64,000 nucleotides of DNA from Betaproteobacteria bacterium (GCA_016704535.1 JADIZZ010000007.1:223866-287865); one strand, 5' to 3'; shown: positions 1 to 10,110, numbered from the stretch's first letter. Notes: generated by a model not told the origin, from the letters alone. Translations and numbers: made by a program.

Positions 1-913
1 CCTGCAGATTCAGGCTGTCGGCCAGTTCGGTCGAGAGTTCGCGCGGCTCCACACCTATCCAGCCGCGGCGTACCTTGCCGTCGCGGATCAGCTGTTCCAT
101 CACCTGGCGTGCGGTGTCCGCCGGCACCGCGAAGCCGATGCCCAGGCTGCCGCCGGTGCGCGAGAAGATGGCGGTGTTGATGCCCACCAGCGCGCCCTGC
201 GAGTCGACCAGCGCGCCGCCCGAATTGCCGGGGTTGATGGCAGCGTCGGTCTGTATGAAGTTCTGGAAGCGCGAGACGCCGGCCTCTGACCGGTCGAGCG
301 CGCTGACGATGCCGGCCGTCACCGTCTGGCCGACGTTGAAGGGGTTACCGATGGCCAATACGGCGTCGCCGACGTTCAGCGCACGCACGTCGCCCAGCGC
401 GATGACGGGCAGGCCGTCGAGCTCGATCTTCAGCACGGCGATGTCGGTCTCGGTGTCGCTGCCGACGACGCGGGCGCGTGTGGCGCGGCCGTCGGTCAGT
501 TGCACCTCGATCTCGGTGGCGCCTTCCACCACGTGGTGGTTGGTCAGCAGATAGCCCTCGGGCGCGACGATGACGCCCGAACCCAGGCCGATCTGCTGCT
601 GCGCCGCCGGGCCGTCACCAAAGAAGAACTTGAAACGCGGGTCGTCCGCGTGCGGGTTGCGGCTCATCTTGGTGGCACTGATGCTCACCACCGCCGGCGC
701 CGCGCGGCGCGCCGCCAGCGCGTACCCGGCAACTGCGCCGCTGGCCGCGGGCGCGGGTGCCACCTGCAACAGCGTCGGCGCTGGCAGCACGGTGCCTGCG
801 ACACCGGCGCGCCCGCCGGGCAGCCACTCGGGCTTGAAGGTCAGCACGACGAACAGCACCGCGACCGCCACCGTGACGGCTTGTGCAAAGACGAGCCAGG
901 TTCTGCGCCACAT
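1..913 (-). CDS. HtrA/DegS-like periplasmic serine endoprotease (S1C family), partial; the C-terminal PDZ part lies outside the window
   Basis: Absent from the ORF track because it runs off the window. Manual minus-strand translation from ATG at 913-911 gives MWRRTWLVFAQAVTVAVAVLFVV (TM anchor), then LLTNHHVV, DIAVLK and INPGNSGGALV (His/Asp/Ser triad; GNSGG encoded at 215-229). Confidence 0.85.
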   Translation of the reverse strand, partial: MWRRTWLVFAQAVTVAVAVLFVVLTFKPEWLPGGRAGVAGTVLPAPTLLQVAPAPAASGAVAGYALAARRAAPAVVSISATKMSRNPHADDPRFKFFFGDGPAAQQQIGLGSGVIVAPEGYLLTNHHVVEGATEIEVQLTDGRATRARVVGSDTETDIAVLKIELDGLPVIALGDVRALNVGDAVLAIGNPFNVGQTVTAGIVSALDRSEAGVSRFQNFIQTDAAINPGNSGGALVDSQGALVGINTAIFSRTGGSLGIGFAVPADTARQVMEQLIRDGKVRRGWIGVEPRELSTELADSLNLQ

Positions 914-957
914 GGGGAGTGTTCTCGGGGGTCCCAGGGTGTCCCACAATGGGCGCC

Positions 958-1701
958 ATGGCCGATCGGGATCAAGTCGAAACATGCCTGCAGGCGCTGT
1001 TGCAGCCGCAGGCCTTCAAGGATTATGGGCCGAACGGCCTGCAGGTCGAGGGCGGGCCCCAGGTGCGCCGCATCGCGTCCGGCGTCACTGCCAGCCTGGC
1101 CTTCATCGACGCCGCCATCGACGCTGGTGCCGACACGCTGCTCGTGCACCACGGCCTGTTCTGGCGCGGCCAGGACGGCCGGCTCACCGGCTGGCTGGCG
1201 GCACGCGTGCGGCGGCTGATGGCGGCCAACGTCAACCTCTTTGCCTACCACCTGCCGCTGGACGCACATGCCGAACTGGGCAACAACGCGCAGCTCGGCC
1301 GCCGTCTGGGCCTGGTGGCCGACGCACGTTTCGGCGAGCAGACGCTGGGTTTCATCGGGCCGGCGGTGTCCGACCTCGACGCGCTGGTGGACACCGCGCG
1401 CGTGCAGCTCGGCCGCGAGCCACTGCTGGTGCGTGGCGACGGCCGGCCGCTGCGCCGCGTGGCCTGGTGCACGGGCGGGGCCCAGGGCTACTTCGAAGAA
1501 GCCATCGCCGCCGGCGCCGACGTCTTCCTCACCGGCGAGATCTCGGAACCGCAGGCCCACCTGGCGCGCGAGACGGGCGTGGCCTTCATCGCCTGCGGCC
1601 ACCACGCCACCGAACGCTACGGCGCGCCTGCCGTGGCCGCCTTCGTTGCGGCGCAGTGCGGCCTGGAGCACCAGTTCATCGAGGTGGAGAACCCCGCGTG
1701 A
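958..1701 (+). CDS. Nif3-like dinuclear metal centre protein (YbgI / GTP cyclohydrolase 1 type 2 homologue)
   Basis: ORF 883..1701. The N-terminus MADRDQVETCLQALLQPQAFKDYGPNGLQVEG matches the YbgI spacing. HHG and GHHATE metal-ligand motifs are present. An alternative ATG lies at 949. Confidence 0.85.
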   Translation: MADRDQVETCLQALLQPQAFKDYGPNGLQVEGGPQVRRIASGVTASLAFIDAAIDAGADTLLVHHGLFWRGQDGRLTGWLAARVRRLMAANVNLFAYHLPLDAHAELGNNAQLGRRLGLVADARFGEQTLGFIGPAVSDLDALVDTARVQLGREPLLVRGDGRPLRRVAWCTGGAQGYFEEAIAAGADVFLTGEISEPQAHLARETGVAFIACGHHATERYGAPAVAAFVAAQCGLEHQFIEVENPA

Positions 1702-2693
1702 AGCCGCTCCTGGTCACCATGGGCGATGCCGCCGGCATCGGCCCCGAGATCATCGTGCGTGCCTTCCTGGCCGGCGAGCTGACTGACGCCGTGGTGCTGG
1801 GCGACCCCGACGTGCTGCGCCGCGCCGGCAGCCCGATGACGGCCGTCATCGAGGCACCCGCAGACCTGGCCGAGGTGCCGCCGGGTTGCCTGCCGGTGCT
1901 CGTGCCGGCGGGCCTGCCGCAGGGTCTCTGTAAGTTGCCACTTGGGCAGGTCGATGCGCGCAACGGTGCCGCCGCGGCTTGTTGCATCGAAGCCGCGGTG
2001 CGCCTTGTGCGCGCTGGGCAGGGCACCGGCATCGTCACCGCGCCCATCCACAAGGAAGCGTTCGCGGCCGCCGGCGTGCCTTACCCGGGGCACACCGAGA
2101 TGCTGCAGGCCCTGGCCGCGGTGCCGGGCCAGCTGCTGCCGTCGGTGCGCATGATGCTGGCCAACGACGAGCTGCGCGTGGTGCTGGTGACGATCCACCT
2201 GTCCCTGCGGCGCGCGATCGACGAAGTCACCTTCGACGCCGTGCTGCAGACGCTGCGCATCGCCCATCGGGCCGCAGCGGCCTGGAGCGACACGCCGCCG
2301 CGCATCGCGGTGGCGGGCCTGAACCCGCACGCCGGCGAAGGCGGGCTCTTCGGTGACGAGGAGATCCGCATCATCGGGCCGGCCGTGCAGGCGGCCGTGG
2401 CCGAGGGCATCCGTGCCAGCGGCCCCTACGCGCCCGACACCGTGTTCATGCGCGCCCGCCGCGGGGAATTCGACCTCGTCGTGGCGATGACACACGACCA
2501 CGGCCTGATACCGGTGAAGTACCTGGGCGTCGAGCAGGGCGTCAACGTCACGCTGGGCCTGCCCTTCGTGCGCACCAGCCCCGACCACGGCACGGCTTTC
2601 GACATTGCAGGCGAAGGCCGAGCCGACCCTGCCAGCCTCGTGGCGGCGCTGCGTTTGGCGCGCCGGCTCGTCAGCGCGGCTGCGCGCGGGTGA
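1698..2693 (+). CDS. pdxA: 4-hydroxythreonine-4-phosphate dehydrogenase
   Basis: Tail of ORF 570..2693. GTG at 1698 overlaps the Nif3 stop (GTGA). Motifs: VTMGDAAGIGPEI, YPGHTEML, GLNPHAGEGG, TSPDHGTAFDIAG. Confidence 0.92.
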   Translation: MKPLLVTMGDAAGIGPEIIVRAFLAGELTDAVVLGDPDVLRRAGSPMTAVIEAPADLAEVPPGCLPVLVPAGLPQGLCKLPLGQVDARNGAAAACCIEAAVRLVRAGQGTGIVTAPIHKEAFAAAGVPYPGHTEMLQALAAVPGQLLPSVRMMLANDELRVVLVTIHLSLRRAIDEVTFDAVLQTLRIAHRAAAAWSDTPPRIAVAGLNPHAGEGGLFGDEEIRIIGPAVQAAVAEGIRASGPYAPDTVFMRARRGEFDLVVAMTHDHGLIPVKYLGVEQGVNVTLGLPFVRTSPDHGTAFDIAGEGRADPASLVAALRLARRLVSAAARG

Positions 2694-2703
2694 CGGCGGA
2701 ACG

Positions 2704-5142
2704 TCAGCGCGTCGACTCCGGTGCGGCCAGCGCCGCCAACTGCCGCCGGGCGCGCGCCGTGGCGCGTTCGACGAGGTAGGCGCTTTCATAGGCGCGCAGG
2801 CGCCCGGTCTCGCACAGGCGCTTGAGCATGCGCTGCGTCAGCGACACCGTCTTCCGGTGGCGGCCGCCGTGGGTGAAGATGTAGAAGCTTCGCGCCGGGC
2901 TGATGTGCGTCAGCTTCACCTTCTGCCACTGGTCGTCGAGGTGCATCTGGTAGGCGAAGCCGATCTCCAGGTGATCGACCAGCGCACGGCCCTCGGTGGG
3001 TTCCGCCGGTTCGGTGGTGGCCGGCACGCCCGGCAGAGACGGTGTCGACGCCGCGGCTTCGGCCGCCTCGGCGGCTTCAGCCTGCGCGGTGATGTCGATG
3101 TCGACCTCGCCGTTCCAGTTCACGGCCGATTCCTGCACCAGGCCGACTCGCTGAGCCTCCTCGGCGCTGAAGTGCACTGCGGGCACTTCCTCGGTCAGCA
3201 CGGGCAGGCTGACCGAGCGCATCTCCTCGCGGGACGGTGGCGGCTTGCGCAGCGCGCCCTCCACCTGGCGCGCCATCAGGTTGATCTCGAGCTGGCTGCC
3301 GCTGGTGTTCTTCAGCGCCTCGGCATGGGCCGGCATCAGCAGGCCGAAGAACTTGCGCCTGTCCGCCTCGGGCCAGGCGATGAGGTTCATGCCCTCGGTC
3401 AGTTCCTGCATCAGCTTGGGCAACTGGGCCAGGAAGGCCTTGCGCAACGCCGGCGTGGGCTTGGGCTGCACGCTGAGGTAGAGCTCGCGCCCGGCGGTGC
3501 GCAGGCGCTGAAGCAGCGCACCTTCGGCGCCGTCCTGCTCGGCGGCGCACAGCAGCACCTGGCTCCAGACCTGGCTGATGAAGTCGCGCAGGAAGGCCGG
3601 AGCCTGCAAACCCTTCAGATCGCCTTCGACGCGCTGGGCGTAGAGCTGGCGCAGCCGCTGCTGGTCTTCCTTCTCGGTCAGCAGCGCTGCGGTGGCGCCC
3701 TGGTCGGGACTGTCGCTGCCGGCCAGTTCGGCCGTAAAGGCCTCCAGCGCGGCCAGCTTCTGCTCGTACAGCTCGATCTGCTCGAAGTCGCCTTCCACCA
3801 CCTCGTGGATCAGCGCCTTGACCTTGCCCAGGAAGGCCTGCGCGCCGGCCTCGCCGAAGTCTTCGAAGGCCGAGCCCAGCGAGGCGATGCGGTTGATGAA
3901 TCGCCGCACGGGGTGCTTGCGCGACGAAAAGAAGCTGGGGTCGCCCAATGCCGCACGCAGCACCGGCAGTTGCAGGCGGGCGATCTGGCGCGCCATCTGC
4001 GGCGGCACCTTGGGGTCGGCCAGGATCTGGTCGAAGAGGAAGCCGATGACGTCGATCACCATGTGATCGAGCGTGCCGCGAGAGGCCTGGCGCAGTTCGT
4101 CGCGGTGGGCGTGGATCAGGTTGGGCGGCAGCGGTGCCGAGGCAGCGCCGTCGTCGCCGTAGGCACTGCTGTAGCTGCCATCGCCACCACCGGCGCTGCC
4201 GCCGCCGCCGTCGTAGGCCAGGCGGCGGATGAGCGACATCAACACGGGGTCGACCTGGCCCAGCGCTGTGCCATGGTGGCCCGAGGACATGCCGCCGCGG
4301 CCGGTGGGCGCGCCGGCGCGCGTCGAAGAATCGAAGCCCGGGCCGCTGCGTCTGGCGCCTTCACCGGAGCCAGAGGCGATGCGCCCGCCCGGGCCGCGCT
4401 CGGCGCCCGAGGCATCGGCCAGGCCGCCGCCTTCGGTCTGGCCCCCGGCCTCGCCGCCGCCGCGCGCGGGCCGGTGGCGCACCATCATGCTCAGCGGTTG
4501 CACGCCGGCGCGCCGCAGGTCGGCCAGGATGTCGGCGTAGGTCTGGCGCAGCACGGCGTTCAGCGTGCGGCTGAACTCGTTGTTCAGCACCTTGCGCACC
4601 TCGGGCCGTTCAGACAGTGCGTCGACGCCGCGTATCACGGCATACCCGACGATGTCGGGCCGCAGCGGGTTGCGGTCACGCTCGCCGCCAGCTTCGCCGA
4701 GCAGCGCGTTGACGTACCCCTCGAGCTCGCGCAGCTCCCACTCGCAGGCGTGGGCCACCTCCATGCCGAAGCGTTCGGCCGAGATCTGGGCCTCGACCTC
4801 CTTGTCCTCGACCAGACTGAGCGAACCCCAGTCGGTGATGGCCGCCGTCGCGCCTGGCATCGGACGAGACGAGCCCGCGTCGGTGCCGCCCTGCGGCCCC
4901 AGTTCGCGAAGCACGCGCTCGTCGAGCGCGTCGTTGAAGGTCAGCGCGAAGATGGCCGACTTGCGGTTGAGCTCGAACTGTGCCTCGAGCAGGCCATCGC
5001 GCTGGTAGGCATGGTGCGCGGCCAGGGCGGCCAGGCCGAGGCTCTCGACGGTGCGCTCGGCGGCCTGCCGCGCCGCCATCTTCAGGCGCTGGATGGCCGC
5101 CTCCAGCGGCGCAGGCAGGCGATGAATGGGGTTCGGCTTCAT
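2704..5142 (-). CDS. DUF1631 family protein (large conserved protein of unknown function)
   Basis: ORF 2704..5208. The likely start is MKPNPIHRLPAPLEAAIQRLK at 5142. The overall layout (helical N-terminal part, Gly/Ser-rich centre, conserved C-terminal LEIGFAYQMHLDDQWQKVKLTHISPARSFYIFTHG) is recalled from DUF1631 proteins of Pseudomonas and Burkholderiales. Confidence 0.7.
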   Translation of the reverse strand: MKPNPIHRLPAPLEAAIQRLKMAARQAAERTVESLGLAALAAHHAYQRDGLLEAQFELNRKSAIFALTFNDALDERVLRELGPQGGTDAGSSRPMPGATAAITDWGSLSLVEDKEVEAQISAERFGMEVAHACEWELRELEGYVNALLGEAGGERDRNPLRPDIVGYAVIRGVDALSERPEVRKVLNNEFSRTLNAVLRQTYADILADLRRAGVQPLSMMVRHRPARGGGEAGGQTEGGGLADASGAERGPGGRIASGSGEGARRSGPGFDSSTRAGAPTGRGGMSSGHHGTALGQVDPVLMSLIRRLAYDGGGGSAGGGDGSYSSAYGDDGAASAPLPPNLIHAHRDELRQASRGTLDHMVIDVIGFLFDQILADPKVPPQMARQIARLQLPVLRAALGDPSFFSSRKHPVRRFINRIASLGSAFEDFGEAGAQAFLGKVKALIHEVVEGDFEQIELYEQKLAALEAFTAELAGSDSPDQGATAALLTEKEDQQRLRQLYAQRVEGDLKGLQAPAFLRDFISQVWSQVLLCAAEQDGAEGALLQRLRTAGRELYLSVQPKPTPALRKAFLAQLPKLMQELTEGMNLIAWPEADRRKFFGLLMPAHAEALKNTSGSQLEINLMARQVEGALRKPPPSREEMRSVSLPVLTEEVPAVHFSAEEAQRVGLVQESAVNWNGEVDIDITAQAEAAEAAEAAASTPSLPGVPATTEPAEPTEGRALVDHLEIGFAYQMHLDDQWQKVKLTHISPARSFYIFTHGGRHRKTVSLTQRMLKRLCETGRLRAYESAYLVERATARARRQLAALAAPESTR

Positions 5143-5238
5143 GAGGGGCAAGGTTGTCGGAAGGCAACCCGGGGGGATGCTTTCAAGTATGCGGCATCCC
5201 CCTGCCACCCGCAGGCGCCGGGCCTGCCAGTTTCAGGC

Positions 5239-5658
5239 CTACTTCTTCAGCGCGTCACGAATCTCGCGCAGCAGCAACACGTCTTCGGGTGTCGGCGCCG
5301 GTGCGGCGGGCGGCGGCGGCGGGGCTTCGCGCTTCAGGCGGTTCATCTGCTTGATCATCAGGAAGATGATGAAGGCCAGGATGACGAAATTGATCAGGAT
5401 GGTGATGAAGCTGCCGTAGGCGAACACCGCGCCGGCCTTCTTGGCCTCGACCAGCGTGGTGGCGGTCTGCCCCGACAGCGGGAAGAAGTAGTTGCTGAAG
5501 TCCAGCCCGCCGAAGATCTTGCCGACGATGGGCATGATGATGTCGCCAACCAGCGAATCGACGATCTTGCCGAAAGCGCCACCGATGATCACGCCGACCG
5601 CGAGGTCCATGACGTTGCCTTTGAGGGCGAATTCCTTGAATTCCGAGCTGAAGCTCAT
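5239..5658 (-). CDS. mscL: large-conductance mechanosensitive channel
   Basis: ORF 5239..5667. [43 protein letters not shown] is the canonical MscL N-terminus. Confidence 0.95.
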   Translation of the reverse strand: MSFSSEFKEFALKGNVMDLAVGVIIGGAFGKIVDSLVGDIIMPIVGKIFGGLDFSNYFFPLSGQTATTLVEAKKAGAVFAYGSFITILINFVILAFIIFLMIKQMNRLKREAPPPPPAAPAPTPEDVLLLREIRDALKK

Positions 5659-5855
5659 GTGATGCACTCCTGGGTTGTCTTTGCGTTATAGCGCGGCCTG
5701 CCCGCGGGCTGTCTTCGCGGGCCTCACGGTAGGTGCAGACCGCGGGCGCGTCAATGGCCGAGCGCGCTGCAGGGTGGCGGCCCGTCAGGCTGACGTAGGC
5801 GCCTCGGCTAGAATTCCGAGTTGATCCGAACTCCTGCAGCTTGCCGAGGAACCTC

Positions 5856-6464
5856 ATGAGCGACGCTACCGTCGAACCCACCGTCGACCAGAGCCGGCGC
5901 ACCTGGATTGCCATCACCTGTGGCGCCGGCGCCGTGGGCGGGGCCGCAGTGGCCGTGCCCTTCGTCAGTACCTTTGCACCTTCCGAGCGGGCGCGCGCAG
6001 CCGGTGCACCAGTGCGGGTCGACATCAGCGCGCTGCAGCCGGGCGAAAAGATGACGGTCGAATGGCGCGGCAAGCCGGTGTGGATCGTGCGCCGCACGCC
6101 CGAGCAACTGGCCGCGCTGCCCAAGCTCGATCCGCAGCTGGCCGATCCCAATTCCGACCGCAAGGCGCTGCCCATGCCCGCGTACGCGAAGAATCCGGCG
6201 CGCGCGATCAAGCCGGAATTCTTCGTCGGTGTCGGCATCTGCCCGCACCTGGGGTGTTCACCGTCCGACAAGTTCCAGACCGGCGCCCAGCCTTCGCTGC
6301 CCGACGACTGGATGGGCGGGTTCTTCTGCCCCTGCCACGGCTCCACCTTCGACATGGCCGGCCGCGTGTACAAGAACAAGCCCTCGCCCGACAACCTGGA
6401 GGTACCGCCGCACATGTACCTCTCGGACACCACGCTCCTGATCGGCGAAGACAAGGCCGCCTGA
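5856..6464 (+). CDS. petA: ubiquinol-cytochrome c reductase Rieske iron-sulfur subunit
   Basis: ORF 5841..6464. Tat-like RRTWIAITCGAG signal; Rieske boxes CPHLGC and CPCHGS. Confidence 0.93.
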   Translation: MSDATVEPTVDQSRRTWIAITCGAGAVGGAAVAVPFVSTFAPSERARAAGAPVRVDISALQPGEKMTVEWRGKPVWIVRRTPEQLAALPKLDPQLADPNSDRKALPMPAYAKNPARAIKPEFFVGVGICPHLGCSPSDKFQTGAQPSLPDDWMGGFFCPCHGSTFDMAGRVYKNKPSPDNLEVPPHMYLSDTTLLIGEDKAA

Positions 6465-6506
6465 GCCGCCAAGTCTCGGCAGTAAACCCAGAATCTCGAG
6501 GTCAAG

Positions 6507-7913
6507 ATGGCTGAATTCAAGGAAGCGCCTGCCGGTTCGTCGGCATTGACGCAAGGCACGGTGTGGCTCGAGAACCGGTTTCCGACCCTGTTCTCGGCCT
6601 ACAAGGTTCACCTCTCGGAGTACTACGCTCCGAAGAACATGAACTTCTGGTATTTCTTCGGCAGCCTCTCGCTGCTGGTGCTGGTGATCCAGATCGTCAC
6701 GGGCATCTTCCTCGTGATGCACTACAAGCCCGACGCGGCCAAGGCCTTCGAGTCGGTCGAGTACATCATGCGCGACGTGCCCTGGGGCTGGCTGGTGCGC
6801 TACATGCACTCCACCGGGGCCAGCGCCTTCTTCGTCTGCGTCTACCTGCACATGTGGCGCGGCATGATCTACGGCAGCTACCAGAAGCCGCGCGAACTGG
6901 TCTGGATCTTCGGCGTGGCCATCTTCCTGTGCCTGATGGCCGAGGCCTTCATGGGCTACCTGCTGCCCTGGGGCCAGATGAGCTACTGGGGCGCCCAGGT
7001 CATCATCAACCTGTTCGCCGCCATCCCCTTCATCGGCCCCGACCTGGCGCTGCTGATCCGCGGCGACTTCGTCGTCGGCGACGCCACGCTGAACCGCTTC
7101 TTCGCCTTCCACGTCATCGCCGTGCCGCTGGTGCTGCTGGGCCTGGTGGTGGCCCACCTGCTGGCGCTGCACGACGTGGGTTCGAACAACCCCGACGGCG
7201 TCGAGATCAAGGCCAAGAAGGACCCGAAGACCGGCATCCCGCTCGACGGCATTCCCTTCCACCCCTACTACACGGTGCACGACATCGTCGGCGTCTCGGT
7301 GTTCCTGATGATCTTCACTGCCATCATCTTCTTCGCGCCCGAGTTCGGCGGCTACTTCCTCGAGTACAACAACTTCATCCCGGCCGACCCGCTGAAGACG
7401 CCGCTGCACATCGCGCCGGTGTGGTACTTCACGCCGTACTACTCGATGCTGCGCGCCGTCACCGACGACTTCGTCAACGTGCTGGCCGGCCTGGTGTGCG
7501 TGGCGGGCATCCTGGCCTTTCTGAAGGGCGGTTTCAGCGGCCTGTGGAAGTTCGCGCCGCTGGCGGGCGCGCTGGTGCTGGCCGTGCTGCTGAAGACCTT
7601 CGACGCCAAGTTCTGGGGCGTGGTGGTGATGGGCGTGGCGGTGATGGTCCTGTTCCCGCTGCCCTGGCTCGACCGCAGCCCGGTGAAGTCCATCCGCTAC
7701 CGGCCGAGCTGGAACAAGGTGCTCTACGGCGTGTTCATCGTCAATTTCGTCGTGCTGGGCTACCTGGGTGTGAAGCCGCCTTCGGACGTCGGCACGTTCG
7801 TGTCGCAGGCCGGCACGCTGTTCTACTTCGGTTTCTTCCTGCTGATGCCCTGGTGGAGCCGCATCGGTGAATTCAAGGCCGTGCCCGACCGCGTGGTCTT
7901 CAAGGCCCACTAA
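6507..7913 (+). CDS. petB: cytochrome b
   Basis: 468 aa multi-pass membrane protein with YMHSTGASAFF and WGAQVI motifs, located between petA and petC. Confidence 0.95.
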   Translation: MAEFKEAPAGSSALTQGTVWLENRFPTLFSAYKVHLSEYYAPKNMNFWYFFGSLSLLVLVIQIVTGIFLVMHYKPDAAKAFESVEYIMRDVPWGWLVRYMHSTGASAFFVCVYLHMWRGMIYGSYQKPRELVWIFGVAIFLCLMAEAFMGYLLPWGQMSYWGAQVIINLFAAIPFIGPDLALLIRGDFVVGDATLNRFFAFHVIAVPLVLLGLVVAHLLALHDVGSNNPDGVEIKAKKDPKTGIPLDGIPFHPYYTVHDIVGVSVFLMIFTAIIFFAPEFGGYFLEYNNFIPADPLKTPLHIAPVWYFTPYYSMLRAVTDDFVNVLAGLVCVAGILAFLKGGFSGLWKFAPLAGALVLAVLLKTFDAKFWGVVVMGVAVMVLFPLPWLDRSPVKSIRYRPSWNKVLYGVFIVNFVVLGYLGVKPPSDVGTFVSQAGTLFYFGFFLLMPWWSRIGEFKAVPDRVVFKAH

Positions 7914-7935
7914 GCGTCCGGCGGAGCTCTCGTTC

Positions 7936-8706
7936 ATGAAAAAGCTGATCCTGTCTCTCTTCGCTGCACTGATGTTTTGTGGCCAAGCCCAGGCCGCCGG
8001 CGGTGGCGTGGCCTGGGACAAGTTCCCGACCGAGCGCGCCAACGACATGGCCGCGCTGCAGAACGGCGCCAAGCTGTTCGCCAACTACTGCCTGAACTGC
8101 CACGCCGCGGCCTTCATGCGCTACAACCGGCTGCGCGACATCGGCCTGACCGAAGACCAGATCAGCGCCAACCTGATCTTCACCGGCACCAAGGTCGGCG
8201 ACACCATGCAGACCGCGCTGTCGCCCAAGGACGCCAAGGCCTGGTTCGGCGCGCAGCCGCCCGACCTGACGCTGATCGCCCGCTCGCGCTCGGCGGCCGG
8301 ACAGGGCAGCGGTGCCGACTACCTCTACACCTACCTGCGCACCTACTACCGCGACGAGACCAAGGCCACCGGCTGGAACAACCTGGCCTTCCCGAACGTC
8401 GGCATGCCGCACGTGCTGTGGGAGCTGCAAGGCCAGCAGCGTGCCATCTACGCCGACGAGAAGGATCCCCACGACGCGGCCAAGACGCTGCACGTCTTCA
8501 AGGGTTTCGAGGCCATCACGCCGGGTACGATGAGCACGGCCGAGTACAACCACGCCGTGGCGGACCTGGTGGCCTTCCTGCACTGGATGAGCGAACCCAA
8601 TCGGGCCGACCGCGTGCGCCTGGGCGTGTGGGTGCTGATCTTCCTGAGCATCTTCACGGTGATCGCCTGGCGCCTGAACGCGGCGTTCTGGAAGGACATC
8701 AAGTAG
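7936..8706 (+). CDS. petC: cytochrome c1
   Basis: Tail of ORF 7867..8706. Signal peptide MKKLILSLFAALMFCGQAQA, heme motif CLNCH, C-terminal TM anchor. Confidence 0.92.
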   Translation: MKKLILSLFAALMFCGQAQAAGGGVAWDKFPTERANDMAALQNGAKLFANYCLNCHAAAFMRYNRLRDIGLTEDQISANLIFTGTKVGDTMQTALSPKDAKAWFGAQPPDLTLIARSRSAAGQGSGADYLYTYLRTYYRDETKATGWNNLAFPNVGMPHVLWELQGQQRAIYADEKDPHDAAKTLHVFKGFEAITPGTMSTAEYNHAVADLVAFLHWMSEPNRADRVRLGVWVLIFLSIFTVIAWRLNAAFWKDIK

Positions 8707-8743
8707 GGCTACGCGCAGGGTCGGGGCGCGCCTCGGGCCTGCA

Positions 8744-8783
8744 GCGCAGTGGGAGCCGTTCGGCCCCACTGCGTTTTGTTTTT
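8744..8783 (+). terminator. Rho-independent terminator after petC
   Basis: GC-rich hairpin gcgcagtgggagccg/ttcg/gccccactgcg followed by ttttgttttt. Confidence 0.6.
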
Positions 8784-8836
8784 GGGACACTGCCGTCCCC
8801 TGCTGGCAGATTGAAGATCTAGAAAGGCCTGACGCC

Positions 8837-9448
8837 ATGATGGTGCTGTACTCCGGAACGACCTGTCCCTATTCGCACCGCTGCCGCTTCGTGCTGTTCG
8901 AGAAGGGCATGGACTTCGAGATCCGCGACGTCGACATCTTCGCCAAGCCCGAAGACATCGCGTTGATGAACCCGTACAACGAGGTGCCCATCCTGGTGGA
9001 GCGCGACCTCATCCTGTACGAGTCGCACATCATCAATGAGTACATCGACGAGCGCTTCCCGCATCCGCAACTGATGCCGGGCGACCCGGTGGCGCGCGCA
9101 CGCGTGCGGCTGTTCCTCTTCAATTTCGAGAAGGAACTGTTCAGCAACGTCAACCTGCTGGAAGGCCGCAGCGTCAAGGCGACCGAAAAGCAGATGGAAA
9201 AGGCCCGCGACCAGATCCGCGACCGCCTGACGCAGCTGGCGCCCATCTTCCTGAAGAACAAGTACATGCTGGGCGACGACTTCAGCATGCTCGACGTGGC
9301 CATCGCGCCGCTGCTGTGGCGCCTGGACTACTACGGCATCGACCTCAGCAAGAACGCCGTGCCGCTGCTGAAGTACGCCGAGCGCATCTTCTCGCGCCCG
9401 GCCTACATCGAAGCGCTGACGCCTTCCGAGAAGGTGATGCGCAAGTAG
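8837..9448 (+). CDS. sspA: stringent starvation protein A (GST-fold)
   Basis: MMVLYSGTTCPYSHRCRFVLFEKGMDFEIRDVD; followed by sspB as in most proteobacteria. Confidence 0.93.
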   Translation: MMVLYSGTTCPYSHRCRFVLFEKGMDFEIRDVDIFAKPEDIALMNPYNEVPILVERDLILYESHIINEYIDERFPHPQLMPGDPVARARVRLFLFNFEKELFSNVNLLEGRSVKATEKQMEKARDQIRDRLTQLAPIFLKNKYMLGDDFSMLDVAIAPLLWRLDYYGIDLSKNAVPLLKYAERIFSRPAYIEALTPSEKVMRK

Positions 9449-9460
9449 GCGCCGAGGGCC

Positions 9461-9967
9461 ATGGTCGACAGCGCGGACAACCAGGGCACCTCCACCCGCC
9501 CGTACCTGCTGCGGGCGCTGCACGACTGGTGCACCGACAACGGCTTCACGCCGTATCTCGCGGTCTATGTCGGCCCGGGCGTGCAGGTGCCGATGGAGTA
9601 CGTGAAGAACAACGAGATCGTGCTCAACGTCGGCTTCGAGGCCACCTCGGGGCTGCAGCTGGGCAACGAGTTCATCGAGTTCAAGGCGCGCTTCGGCGGC
9701 GTGGCGCGCGAGATCCGCGTGCCGGTCGATCATGTCGTGGCCATCTACGCGCGCGAGAACGGCCAGGGCATGGCCTTCCCCGTGCCCACCGAAGCCGGTG
9801 TGCGCGCCGAGGCCACGGCCGAATCGACGCCGATTCGCGGCTTGCGGCTGGCCAGCAGCGAGGTCGCCCAGGCATCACCGCCCGCGCCGCCCGAGCCCCC
9901 CAAGGACACCCCACCCGAGCCCGCGGGCCCCGGCGGCGGGCGGCCTGCGCTCAAGCGCGTCAAGTAG
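9461..9967 (+). CDS. sspB: stringent starvation protein B / ClpXP adaptor
   Basis: STRPYLLRALHDWCTDNGFTPYLAVYV, with a Pro-rich tail ending in LKRVK. Confidence 0.92.
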   Translation: MVDSADNQGTSTRPYLLRALHDWCTDNGFTPYLAVYVGPGVQVPMEYVKNNEIVLNVGFEATSGLQLGNEFIEFKARFGGVAREIRVPVDHVVAIYARENGQGMAFPVPTEAGVRAEATAESTPIRGLRLASSEVAQASPPAPPEPPKDTPPEPAGPGGGRPALKRVK

Positions 9968-10000
9968 CGCCGCTTCGGCACTACCTACAATTGATTTCTT

Positions 10001-10076
10001 GCCGGCTTAGCTCAGTTGGTAGAGCACCCGCCTTGTAAGCGGAAGGTCATCCGTTCGACTCGGATAGCCGGCACCA
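10001..10076 (+). tRNA. tRNA-Thr (anticodon UGU)
   Basis: Hand-folded cloverleaf: acceptor GCCGGCT/AGCCGGC, D arm GCTC-AGTTGGTA-GAGC, anticodon loop CTTGTAA, T arm ATCCG-TTCGACT-CGGAT, encoded CCA. Confidence 0.93.
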
Positions 10077-10110
10077 CCGTGTGTCGCGAACCCCGCCCGT
10101 GTGGCCGGGC

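Noticed and set aside
2605-5691. 1,028-aa plus-strand ORF opposite the DUF1631 and mscL genes
   Set aside because: It lies antisense to two well-supported genes. The translation is Arg/Ala/Gly/Leu-rich low-complexity sequence with no recognisable motif. Long stop-free antisense frames are expected at this GC content.
10001-10110. tRNA-Thr as an integration hotspot for a genomic island
   Set aside because: No integrase, no repeated copy of the tRNA 3' end and no foreign-looking genes flank it. The neighbours sspB, dciA and secA are core genes.
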